Origin: Squalus acanthias
Lineage: Eukaryota
Assembly (NCBI GenBank): GCA_030390025.1
Contig: CM059432.1
Location: 40,860,001-40,924,000 of the forward strand
DNA: 64,000 bases
Reading direction: 5' to 3'
A program made the position numbers and the translations under genes. Of this stretch, positions 1-11,340 are shown piece after piece. Position 1 is the stretch's first letter; every line of letters starts with the position of its first letter. The notes below the pieces were generated by a model. The model ran no database searches. It saw only the letters and a list, made by a program, of their open reading frames with translations, and was not told the DNA's origin.

Positions 1-260
1 CCTCTATCTACTGGTCGAAATGGACCTACATAAAATGAGTGTGGGTAGTCTCAGTCCAGTTCGCAGTGGGCATAGGTCTGCAGCACCAAGCTTCCTAATT
101 TGACATTAATTGACACTCTCACTTCAAGAGACCACAAGATGGCTGAAGTGGAAAAATGCCACACTGGTGCAATACAGAGTACTTTGCTGAGGTTGGGGCT
201 GAGGCACAATGTTAACACAGAGAAGAACAAGCTTTATTGTGCATCCAACCATGGCCTATC
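1..260 (+). mobile_element. LF-SINE-like ancient SINE body
   Basis: blocks AAATGAGTGTGGGTAGTCTCAGTCCAGTTC, AATTTGACATTAATTGACACTCT and GGGCTGAGGCACAATG follow the recalled LF-SINE consensus in order. Confidence 0.5.
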
Positions 261-269
261 TGACCCAAC

Positions 270-650
270 AATAATAACAACAACTTGTATTTATATAGCG
301 CCTTTAACGTAGTAAAACGTCCCAAGGTGCTGCACAGGGGTATTTTAAGACAACAAATTTGACACCGATCCGCATAAGGATAAATTAGGGCTGGTGACCA
401 AAGCTTGGTCAAAGAGGTAGGTTTTAAGGGGCGTCTTAAAGGAGGAAAGAGAGGTAGAGAGGTTTAGGGAGGGAATTCCAGAGCTTAGGGCCTAGGCAAC
501 AGAAGGCACGACCACCAAAGGTTGAGCGATTATAATCAGGGATGCTCAAGAGGGCAGAATTAGAGGAGCGCAGATATCTCGGGGGGGTTGTGGGGCTGAA
601 GGAGATTACAGAGATAGAAAGGGGCGAGGCCATGGAGGGATTTGAAAACA
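270..650 (-). mobile_element. L2-type LINE 3' end
   Basis: same tail (…GGCGCTATATAAATACAAGTTGTTGTT) and peptide LSIPD…GGRAFCCLGPKLWNSLP as the copies at 5806, 22583, 50570 and 51505. Confidence 0.75.
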
Positions 651-762
651 ATACTTGATGTTGAGACCAGGATTCGAAATGGAAAGTGTTCCATTCAACA
701 GCACCAGAATTTCTCATCTTCATAACAAAAAACTTCACAAAAAAACCCTCAAAGTTTGTACA

Positions 763-838
763 ATAGCAAAATACTGCGGATGCTGGAAATTCAAAATAAC
801 AACAGAAAACGCTGGAAAAACTCAGCAGGCCAGGCAGT
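763..838 (-). mobile_element. Penelope-like 3' terminal fragment
   Basis: reverse complement matches 28130-28198 and 3225-3270. Confidence 0.7.
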
Positions 839-1123
839 GTTTTTACAGTATTAAACATATTGTAATAGAGAGCTGAAAGAATCTAAATAATTTCTTGTTG
901 ATAAACATTTGTAAATAACATTTATTCAGCTTATTCAACATAATCAAAACTTGCAATCAAAGTTTTTTTAAAAACATAGAATTTTGTGCTCATCACGCTG
1001 TGGGACGCAAATACTGGGGAATGGAACATTTCTAATTTATTGCACCCAGCATCAACATCAAGTATCCTCAGATTAGGCATAATATGGGTTGGATCCAGAG
1101 CCACTGCATTTCTACATCAGTAA

Positions 1124-1782
1124 CAAAGCACTGTAATTCAAACCTCAGGATTATGATGAAGCAGGAGTTCTCACTATAGGTTGTTTCCTTCAGTAATGTT
1201 ACCCAATATACAAAAGAAAAAGCACCACCGACTGCACCACTCTGAATTTATCCATTTCTTACATTCAACCATAATAAGCAAGATGGCCAAATTATTTTCT
1301 TATAGGCCCAAACCAAATAGACTGAGACTGTCTAATTATTTAACGTAAACTGCTGCAGCCATGGGCACAGGAGTTTACATTGCATTAGTCTGGATTAGAT
1401 TCAAACCCAGGTGCTTGAGGCAGAAGTGTTGTATTCTAACCTGGTGTCTCCCCGAGACTTTGTGTGACATAAACAATAAGTTATGTCTGGTGTTGTGGTG
1501 GCTTTCCCTCATTGTTCAGAGAGTAACAGCCACGAAAGCCAAAGTCCAGAAACTGGCATATCTCGATACAGTGGTGCAAGGTTTATCGTGGTGTGCTTTG
1601 CAGCCAGCTTACTTAGAATTTACAGCACAGAAACAGGCCATTTGGCCCAACTGGTCTGTGCCGGTATTTATGCTCCACACGAGCCTCCTCCCACCCTACT
1701 TCATCCAACCCCATCTGCATATCCTTCAAAGCACTGTAATTCAAACCTCAAGATCATGATGAAGCAGGAGTTCTCACTATAG
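1124..1782 (+). repeat. 56-bp direct repeat pair (1124-1179 and 1727-1782)
   Basis: CAAAGCACTGTAATTCAAACCTCA…GCAGGAGTTCTCACTATAG, 2 mismatches. Confidence 0.9.
1613..1726 (-). mobile_element. CR1 LINE 3' UTR fragment
   Basis: TAGAATTTACAGCACAGAAACAGGCCATT tail shared with the copies near 17033, 23983 and 50410. Confidence 0.7.
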
Positions 1783-2189
1783 CTGCAAGCAGTTGCATGC
1801 TACAGTAATGAGGGAGTCTGACACATGATTTTAAAATATATACAGATTCTGTCAGAAAAAGTAGAGGAAACTTTTAAAGGGAAGTGGATAAATATTTGAA
1901 AAATAAAATAAAAAGGAAAAGGAAATGGGGGAATGGCAGGGGAGTGGGACTAAGGAATTGCTCTTTCAGATAGGCAGTACAAGTGTGATGGGCTGAATAG
2001 CCTCTTTCTGTGCTGTAAAATCTCTATAATTCTTTGGTCCAACTTGTATTTGGCAGACAGCTCCTGTTTAAATTTTGTGTGGTGCATTATTCAAAATCCA
2101 GGATGTCCTGGTAGCCTTTTTCCAAGATATAAAGCAGACAATTTTTTTTGACTAAAGGACAATTGGAGTTGCAGTTGGAATTAGAAGGT

Positions 2190-3083
2190 TCATAGAATCA
2201 TAGAAATGTACGGTACAGAAGGAGGCTATTTGGCCCATCGTGTCTGTGCCGGCCGAAAAAGAGCTATCCAGCCTAATCCCACTTTCCAGCTTTTGGTCCG
2301 TAGCCCTGTAGGTTATGGCACTTCAAGTGCATAACTTTCCTGTAATGTGGTTACCAGACCTGTACGAAGTACTCTAGCTGTGGCCTAACTAGTGTTTTAT
2401 ACAGCATAACCTCCCTGCTCTTATATTCTATGCCTTGGCTAATAAAGGAAAATATCCCATATGCTTTCTTAACCACCTTATCTACCTGTCCTGCTACCTT
2501 CAGGGATCTGTGGACAGGCACTCCAAAGTCCCTCTGTTCCTCTACACTTCTCAGTATCCTACCATTTATTGTGTATTCACTTGCCTTGTTAGCCCTCCCC
2601 AAATGCATTACCTCACACTTCTCCGGATTAAATTCCATTTGCCTCTTTTCTGCCCACCTGACCAGTTCATTGATATCTTCCTGCAGTCTACAGCTTTCTT
2701 TCTCACTATCAACCACATGGCCAATTTTTGTGTCATCTGCAAACTTCTTAATCATGCCCCCTACATTGAAGTCTAAATCATTGATATATTCACCACAAAA
2801 AGCAAGAGACCAAGTGCTGAGCCCTGTGGATCCCCACTGGAAACTGCCTTCCAGTCACAAAGGCACCTGTCGACCATTACCCTTTGCTTCCTGCCACTGA
2901 GCCAATTTTGGATCCAAGTTGCCACTTTCACTTGGATCCCATGGACTTTTACTTTTCTGACCAGTCTGCCATGTGGAACCCTATCAAAAGCCTTGCTAAA
3001 ATCCATGTAGACTACATCAAATATGCTACCCTCATCAACCTTCCTTGTTACCTCCTCAAAAAATTAAATCAAGTTAGTCAGAC
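2190..3083 (-). mobile_element. CR1 LINE 3' fragment (RT, decayed)
   Basis: MDFSKAFDRVPH…, KFADDTKIG…, VRPQLEYFVQVW; (TTCTATGA)n tail at about 2190. Confidence 0.9.
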
Positions 3084-3085
3084 AT

Positions 3086-3272
3086 CCCTTTTGTTCTTTC
3101 ATCCCCTCCCCCATTTCCCAGCCTTTAAACTTGCTTTAAAATCTGTTCCATTTCCTGCTTTTTTCCAGTTCTGACGAAAGGTCTTCGACCTGAAATGTTA
3201 ACTCTGCTTCTCTCTCCACAGATGCTGCCTGGCCTGCTGAGTTTTTCCAGCATTTTCTGTTGTATTTTCATT
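3086..3272 (+). mobile_element. Penelope-like pseudo-LTR fragment with minimal hammerhead ribozyme motif (3167-3203)
   Basis: AGTT-CTGACGA-A-AGGTC/TTC/GACCT-GAAA-TGTT-AACT; homologous to 60531-60660, which is attached to a GIY-YIG C-terminus. Confidence 0.75.
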
Positions 3273-3797
3273 CTTTCTCTTAGGTTCTCTTAAAGAAGTC
3301 AATTGGCGATTGGAAAATCTCAGAAAAGCAAATGAGAGGCAGAAGCAACATATATTCCTGAAAGATAAAGGAATACCGGCCAAGAGTTTCCACTTTTGGG
3401 CGCAATCGGTGATCCGAGGACAAATTGCACTCAAAATTGTGTTAGCTTTAAGAGTGTTATTTTTTGCTCAAGTTTCCACCCAAACTCATTTGCATATCGT
3501 AAAATCTTCCATGAACCAGCGCAATCAGGCAGCGTTTTAGAACGTAATTTTAAAAAAATTGCATTAAAAAATATTCCTTGATATATTTAAGAGTGGTAAC
3601 CTGGTGCAGCTTTATTAATATAACTGAAGGTGGGTTTATCACAAAAATATAAGCATTCTTAATCAGAGAGTGTGTAGTCCACCACCTGTGAGTAACCCAA
3701 TTTTAAATAACTGAAAATGACTTTAAAAAACTACACAGAATATAACAGAGGCAGCATATGTGGTATCTCTCCTTATATAAGGCAGCACTTTAAATAT

Positions 3798-4564
3798 ATT
3801 GGGCCATAATTTTCTGTCGAAGTGAATCTGATGGTGTCTGCCGTTAGTTAGATTTGCCCTTGCATGTTTAGATTTTTGAAGTTTTTGCGTGGTTAGCTGC
3901 TAACATCGCAGCAAAGAAAATCGAGCATCTGGGACCTGAGTGAATAGGGCAAGTAACTGTGCATCTCCTTCACCAATCAGATTGAAGGATTGTGAAATTA
4001 ACAGCTCAAGGACTGAGAATTGTAAATTAGAGTGGGTGAATTCAATGCCAAATCAGTTACAGAAAGAGAAATAAAGAGAAGGAAAGAAAGATTGGATTAA
4101 AAGAAAGAGAAAGAGACAGAAAAGAAAAAGTAAAAAAAAATGTTTGCATTTTAAATTTTACATTTTTAAAATGTCCAACAAGTAAAACCAGACAGAATGA
4201 GACTCCACACTTGCAATAGTTCATTTTCAGTGCCAGAGAGGTTGACTGGCAGTAACTAATAATTATTACATTATAAGGGGACTTAGACTGAAATGGACAA
4301 GACTTAACTTTCTGTGGTGAGTTTAGTTTGTATCTACCGCGCAAATACAGCAACTTCACACCGCTCAATGCATTTCAATGGCGAGGCAGACAGCGAGATG
4401 CTTTTTTCCGCAAAGCTAATGGCGGACAGGCGCAACTCGGACAGAAACTTTTAGATTTGAGAGTTTAACCACGCATCTGCCCTTCGCTTGGAGTTGCGCG
4501 TAAATAGTAGTGCTGAGAGCACCATTAGCCTCACCATTATTCCCACAGCAAATTATGGCCCAAT
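3798..4564. mobile_element. Non-autonomous DNA transposon (MITE-like, about 765 bp)
   Basis: TIRs ATTGGGCCATAATTTTCTGT / ACAGCAAATTATGGCCCAAT (1 mismatch); internal homology to an inverted copy at 63546-64000. Confidence 0.7.
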
Positions 4565-4794
4565 GTATCATGCTCCTCTCGGTCAGATTTTCCCACTGAT
4601 TCCACAAGCATTTACCAACTAAACAAAAGCTACTTAGAGAAGTTAACAAAGAGGGAAAGAAAAAGAATAAAGCATATTAAAGCTGTTCATTTTTCTTGTT
4701 TTTGAGACTGTAGCCAGTATACGATTTCCTCTTCAAAGAGGTTCTTGTGTAAATGTTGCTAGATAAGTGCTAGGCGGGCTATTTAAAAGGAATG

Positions 4795-5225
4795 AAAGAA
4801 AAAAAACTTGCATTTATCTAGCACCTTTCATGACCTCAGGACGTCCCAAAGTGCTTTACAACCAATGAAGTACTTTTGAAGTGTCGTCACTGTTGTAATG
4901 TAGGAAACACGGCAGCCAAGTCGCACACAGCGAGCTCCCACAAACAACAATGAAATAAATGTCCAGATCATCTGGCCAGGTCACCAGGAAAACTCCCATG
5001 CTCTTCTGAGTAGTGCTGTGGGATCTTTTACATCCACCTGAGAGGGCAGAAGGGGCCTTGGTTTAACATCTCATTCAGAAGATGGCATCGTCAACAGTGT
5101 AGCACTCCCTCAGTACTGTACTGAAGTGCCAGCCTAGATTAAGCGCTCAAGTCTCTTGAGTGTGCCTTGAACCCATGTACTGCTGACTCGGAGGTGAGAG
5201 TGCTACCACTGAGCCAAACCGACAA
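4795..5225 (-). mobile_element. SacSINE1/AmnSINE1-like Deu-domain tRNA-SINE, near full length
   Basis: A box TGGCTCAGTGG, B box GGTTCAAGGC, Deu core GGAGTGCTACACTGT…CAGGTGGATGTAAAAGATCCC, L2-like tail. Confidence 0.75.
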
Positions 5226-5376
5226 CTAATATGAATAGATTGTGACATCGAAGAAGCATATTTTACTTCTTTGTAGTCTCTCAATAGGCATCCAACAGCA
5301 CACAATTAAATGACCAGTATTAATTTGCCAGCATACCCTTTGTTATTACCACAAGCTTCTCGATGCAAATTCTCAC

Positions 5377-5551
5377 CTTGGGTAGTATGCGGAATAGTTC
5401 ATGTAGAACTGGGCACCAGCTGGGTAGTACGCTGTTGAAGGCTGGAGAGCCCGGGGACTGAGGAACATAGGTTGCTGATAGAGAGCTGCAGTTTCGGCTG
5501 AAATAACGGCTGCCTGTGTTGGAAACGAACTGTACGTCGAAGGTGATAAGC
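5377..5551 (-). CDS. ESRP1: ESRP1 exon 13 ([57 protein letters not shown])
   Basis: 175 nt, pyrimidine tract + TAG acceptor, AG|GTGAGA donor; [14 protein letters not shown] matches ESRP1; later exons not found in the window. Confidence 0.95.
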
Positions 5552-5805
5552 CTAGAAAGGAAAACAAAGAGAAATCATAATATCTGCTCATGTATAGAGA
5601 GGTGTACTGTGAAAGTACCCAAGTTCTAGGAGATCCCCTTGTCCGAAATATGTATTTATCTGACCCTTTTAAGTATCGAAGAAGCAATTTGTTTTGTGTT
5701 TTCCAATTTTTTCCACTTGGAGGCAGTAACTCATGCCGGTAGGGTCTATAAGCAGCAACAACCTCTGGTACTTTGCCTAAGTGGCTATTCTTTATGCACG
5801 AACCT

Positions 5806-6213
5806 AGATTTAAAATTCTCATCCTCGTGTTCAAATCCCTCCATGGCTTCGCCCCTCCCTATCTCTGTAACCACCTCCAGCCCTACAATCCTCCGAGATC
5901 TCTATGTCCCTCCGATTCTGGCCTCTTGTACATCCTTGATTTCCTTCACCCCACCATTGGCGGCCATGCCTTCAGCTGTCTAGGCCCTCAGCTCTGGAAA
6001 TCCTTCTCTAAACCTCTCTGCCTTTTCTAACTCTCTCTCTCTCTCATCCTTTAAGAGGCTCCTTAAAACCTACCACTACCAAGCTTTTGGTCACCTGTCC
6101 CAATATCCTCATGTGGCTCGGTGTCAAATTTTGTCTGGTAACGTTCCTGTGAAGCCCCTTGGGACGTTTTACTACATTAAAGGTTCTATATAAATGCAAA
6201 TTGTTGTTGTTTT
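5806..6213 (+). mobile_element. L2-type LINE 3' end inserted in an older SINE relic
   Basis: [30 protein letters not shown]…; tail ATAAATGCAAATTGTTGTTG. Confidence 0.75.
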
Positions 6214-8474
6214 AGATGGTGGATGTGCTCTTGCAGAGAGCCGGCATGGGTTCGACAGGCCGAATGGCTTCCTTCTGTGCTGTAACCATTCTATGATTCT
6301 ATGTAGATGGCCTATTTGGCCAAAGGAGATATCATAGCTGAGCCCAATCCTGTTGTCATAGGACATCCCTCACTTGCACACTCTCATAAGATCATCACTG
6401 GAAGGCAATCAAAAGGAGGACATCTGGGAAGCATTTCTCTTCCCTAACTAAGGGGCACTGAGGCTGCTCTGGTGGTGAATTGGTAACTGAGCAAAGGCTG
6501 AGGATTGAATCTAAAATCGTCCGGATTTAAGTGACTCAGTGCAACAATAGGCGGATCTGTTACCCCGAGAAAAAAAGCTTTCAACTGTTTTAGTTACTTT
6601 GAATGTACTATGATTAATAAAACTTTTGTCCTGTAGATTGCTTACATTTTTATCTTTTAAAGAGCCCATTTTATTCTTACAATGATCACAGAATAAGTGA
6701 AGCTAATTTCTGTGGTTCTGCATATCTTTCTAATTCTGTTTTCTACCACTCTGTCTTACAAACTTTCAGGTTTGAAGAATTTTCTGTATATTTTGAAAAC
6801 CTTAATGCATGTTTAGCACTCAGTGTTACACTTTAGTGGTCACGAGTGAGTGAGCAAATACAAACAGCTAAACTCAAAGCTCTATATCAATCATTTTCAG
6901 GGATATGGTGCCCAATCCAGTGAAACTCGGGTAAGGTGTGTTCCAAGCTTTCTGTTGCTTCATGAAGGCAACACATTTAAGTACTTGTTTAACAGTTCCT
7001 AGATACACCATATGCCAAAATTATGTAAAGCCGATAAACCCTCTGGAGATGGTCATGTCGTTCTGTATCACATCCAAAAGGAAACATCATATTGAGACAG
7101 TTCACAATTTTGTGTGAATTAAGTCACAGAATTTAGGTTCTATCTCTTCAGAATTTTGTTATCAACATTACCACACCACAAGCAGTGGCAGAAGACAAGT
7201 GCTTTGTAGTGAATGAGGAGGTCAAAGGTCAGGCATGTACCTTAACAGAGTGAATTATATTGGGTGGTATATTGTTATAAAACTAGACGGAAGCCTTTTC
7301 CAAAAAGGCATAATTGTATGTTGCATAAGACTGTTGCTTCCCATAAACAATGGGGGGACAAGTATGTTGGAGGAGTTGGGATGTCCATTGGTAGGAAAAA
7401 TGAAGTTCAGGGTAGATGTTATTAGAGTAGCTTGAGGGTTAACATTGGGCATTCTAGAATGCTAGAAGTGAGGGGCGAGGCTATGAAGGAATTTAAACAC
7501 AAGGATGAGAATTTTAAATTTGAAGCGTTGGGGGAGTAGGAAACTATACTTCATCTGACTCACTGTGACCAATGGCATGGGTGATCCATTAGTAGTATTT
7601 AAATTTTGATGTTGCTCTGAAGACATCTGCACATTTTGACAGAACACACCAAACTCCTTTTTTATAAATCTTAAACTGTTTAAAGAAACAGGTTCCCCAC
7701 TGATGACCAGAATAGGCTACAAGTAAAAAAAAATGGATTGTTGAGATTTTAAAAGCTCTTTCCCTTTGTTTTTCAGCGAGAGAGAATATCTATTTTAATC
7801 ATTGGGACAAGTGATTGTATGCACACTACTCCTCTCTAAAAACTCTCAGATCCATATTATAAAAAGTTGGTTTGCAGAGAATTTTGCTATCACTTATTTT
7901 GACTGGATTATGCAATGCAATTGCACAGGATGGTTTATTTACAATCTTTCAAGATTAGTGGAATTTATTTACATATTGTGGAAAAGAATGATTGGTTCTG
8001 TTACTATGGTATCAGTAAATTCATGGAAGCTGAGCACACAATGAATCAGCAGATTTTTTATTATATAGTAAATCCAATGTTCTCCCCACCTCTGAAGCTG
8101 GGATATGGTTCCACAGGTTCTTGATTTGTGAGCCTCGTCAGTAAGTGTCAACAGGCTTTTCCTTCATGGGCATCACAACCAAATCCAAACCCGATGTCCA
8201 TAAATGCTAATTTCCAGTTGATTTCTCTTCTTCTCCCCCACCCCACCACCACAGGGCTGCAGTGGCTAACTGTACATCTTTACTGTTGCCCCATTTGTGA
8301 TCAACTAACTCAGCATAGACCAGGGATCAAACATGGGATCATCCTAGTCTATGTGGCTCATGGGTATATTGATCCACTAAGCTATTAGGGCAGCTTTGGG
8401 TGGTATTAGTTGTTAAGTTTTCTGTTTTTCACCAATACACCAGATATGTGGAATTTCTAAAATGCTTGTTGACG

Positions 8475-9740
8475 TAACAACAACAATTTGCATTTAAATA
8501 GCACATGTAGAAAACATCCCAAAGTACTTCACAGGGAAGTGAGAAGTATTGGGTGCTATGCAAAAGAAGGAGAGATTAGGAGAGGTAACCAAAGGCTGGG
8601 TTTTAAGGAGGGTCTTAAGGAGGACAGAGAAGTAGAGAGGCAGAGGGGTATAGGGAGGAAATTGTAGCGCGTGGGGCCAAGGCAGCTGAAGATGCAGCCT
8701 CCAATTGTACGGCGAAGAGTGGGGAAATACAAAAGATGCTGAAGTCAGAGGAATGGAGAGTTTGAGGCTGCAAGAGGTTACAGAGTAAGAGAGCAGCGAG
8801 GCCATGGAGGGATTTAAACACAAGGATGAGAATTTTAAATTTGAGACATTGGAAAACAGGGAGCCAATGTATGTACGTGATGAATAAGCAGGACTTGGTG
8901 CACAATAGGATATGGCCAGCAGAGTTTTGAATGAACTGAAGTTTATAAAAGGTGGAGGATGAGAGGTCAGCGAGTAATTGGAGGAATTGAGTCTGGAGGT
9001 GGCAAAGGCATGTATGAGAGTTTCAGCAGCAGATTGGCTGAGGTAGGGTAGGAGGCGGGCAACGTTATGAAAGTAGATGTAGGCAATCTTTTTGATTGAG
9101 GGGGCGTGGGGCAGAAGCTCAGTTTGAGATTGATCAGAACGCCAACATTGCAAACAGTCTAGTTCAGCTTGAGACAATGGCCAGTGAGGGGGAGTTACAA
9201 GCAAGAGATCCCACCTCAGGCACCAAGCCAGTAGTAAAGTTATGGAGTTTGTGACGGCGACCAAAGACAATGGTCTTCACAATGCTTAGCTGGTGAAAGT
9301 TATGGCTCATCCAAATCTGGATGTCAGAAAAGAAGTCTAAAAGCACAGAGGCGGTGGAGGGGTCTACACAGTTGGTGCAGATAATGTCACCAAGAGGAAG
9401 AACGTTGATGAGGAAGAGGAGTGGGCCAAGGATGGTTCCTTGGGGATTCCGAAGGCAATGCTACAGGATTGGGAATGGAAGTCATTGCTAGAAATATTTT
9501 GATTGGATAGCAAGAGCAGAACGAAGCGAGGACAATCCACCGAGCTGGAAAATGGAGTAGAGGTATTGGAGGAGGATGGTGTGATCAACTGTGTCGTAAG
9601 ATGCAGACAAGTCAAGGATGACAAGGAGGCTTAATGCACTATGGTCATAGTCACAGAGAATGTGGTTTGTGACTTTGGTTGGGGTTGTTTCTTCTGTGGG
9701 AGGGTCGGAAACCTGATTGAAGGGGTTCAAACTAGTTAAC
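8475..9740 (-). mobile_element. L2-type LINE fragment (RT C-terminus and 3' end)
   Basis: [50 protein letters not shown]. Confidence 0.85.
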
Positions 9741-10689
9741 AAAAAATTATTAGAATAACAGCCTTTCCTAATCACCAACTAGTTTTACTCCAGTTGGTTT
9801 AGAAACCATCAATCTCATGTAAACAGAGCAAGAGATTTCTTTAACAGTGGTAATTTCATGGATTGAGTTTAATTGCTGAAATCATGTACGTGAGATTCCT
9901 GAACTGTCCTGCAATGCTGAGAACAGTGAGGGATACTGTCTTACCCACACTTCCAAATTGCACCAACCCCCACAACAAAACACAGAGAGAATTCACGCTA
10001 TTTCACCAACAGCTACACAGCCTAACCCTCACCACATTGGTCATTACCTCAGAAAATTACCCTAATTTCAAACGGGGAATTGCAAAAGCCCAATAAGAAA
10101 AAAAAAGGAAGATATAAAAGTAAAGTTATAGGCCTCCCATGGGATTAAGACATTGGTGTCTGTAAACTTAAATTAAGTCTAGTTCATTTGAAAGTTATAC
10201 TTTAATATAGTTGTTAAAAATCTCACAAAGAAAACTTAAAGCTTAGGAAAATAAAAGATTCCATTTAAGTAGAATAGCCATTTTTGTATGAGACTGCTGA
10301 ATAAAAGTAATCAAGACAATTGTAGAGGAGTGGTTTGTTACAATAAGATCCTCAGTGCTGATTTTATATTCATCATTAAGCTCTGGTAGTAGGGTGCCAA
10401 TAGCAATTTTTTAGTATTTTAAGTTTGCATATTTTAAGAACATTCATTTGTACTTCTGGCATGTTGCTACTCTAATGGTCCCATTTCAGTACTCAGTGCT
10501 GGAGAGTTATAATCAGTTGCAGCGGAGGCAAGTCTACCATCATTTCCTTCTATATTTCCCATCTAAAAACATTAATAAAATAAGTAAGAAACTATTACCA
10601 GTAAAGGACAAAGGTATTAAGCCTGCTTTTTTATCCTTTCTGGCTAAATTTGGTGATGTAACTTTTAGTCTTAAAAGCAGTACCGAGAA

Positions 10690-10830
10690 ATTGTGTGGTT
10701 CAGTTGGTTCGAGCCCTGTCCTTACACCTCTGGGACCTGGATTCAAATCCAGCACAAACTAATGCGATAAATGTCCCATGTGAAATGAGTTTGGATGGTT
10801 TCAACATAATCTTAGTAGGTCCGAAGCACA
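10690..10830 (+). mobile_element. LF-SINE-like 5' portion (tRNA head)
   Basis: A-box-like TGGTTCAGTTGG, then CACCTCTGGGACCTGGATTCAAATCCAGC and CATGTGAAATGAGTT. Confidence 0.45.
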
Positions 10831-11340
10831 AAACAACCTGTATGCGGATTATACTGTACTTATGCTAAACTGTATGTCAAAAGTGAAGAGAAAATACTAT
10901 ATTCTCCATCTGTCATATTGATGAGTACTAAAAAATTTTAAATAAAAAATTAGCAGCAGCCTGGAACCCTTACAACAGCTGCAAAATATTACTACTCCTG
11001 CCCCTCAGAATGCAGCAGAAATTATGATCTAGGTGTTTGCCACCAAACAAAAAAGTGGGCTCTGCCCCTTTACTGTGGTAATTTTATTGGTTCTAGGCCC
11101 AATGATTAATGAGCAATTATGCGCTATTGTGATAATAGATGGGTGTGTGCATTACCTTGTCAGTTTAATTATATTACGTTTATGTATAATTAACTCCTCT
11201 TCAGGGCAAGCAGGATTTTCCAACAAAACTTGCTCTTAAAGGTGCACTATCCTCTAATGAAAGTATGTTGCAAGGTCGTTAGTATACCATGTGAAGGAGA
11301 GCACAATGATGCAATCAGTGCTGAGATAGGCTGGATATAA

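Noticed and set aside
1153..1245. ATGATGA…CTGA as a box C/D snoRNA (also 1757-1821)
   Set aside because: Antisense to the host gene, weak terminal stems, and the sequence between the boxes is not conserved between the two copies.
1..5376. ESRP1 exon 14 and later exons
   Set aside because: No match to the expected SPPGSP…VRMQGL…FFQGYQ peptide was seen; presumably beyond the window edge.
7235..7452. Possible extra ESRP1 exon between exons 12 and 13
   Set aside because: No ESRP similarity or convincing splice sites; exons 12 and 13 join in frame without it.
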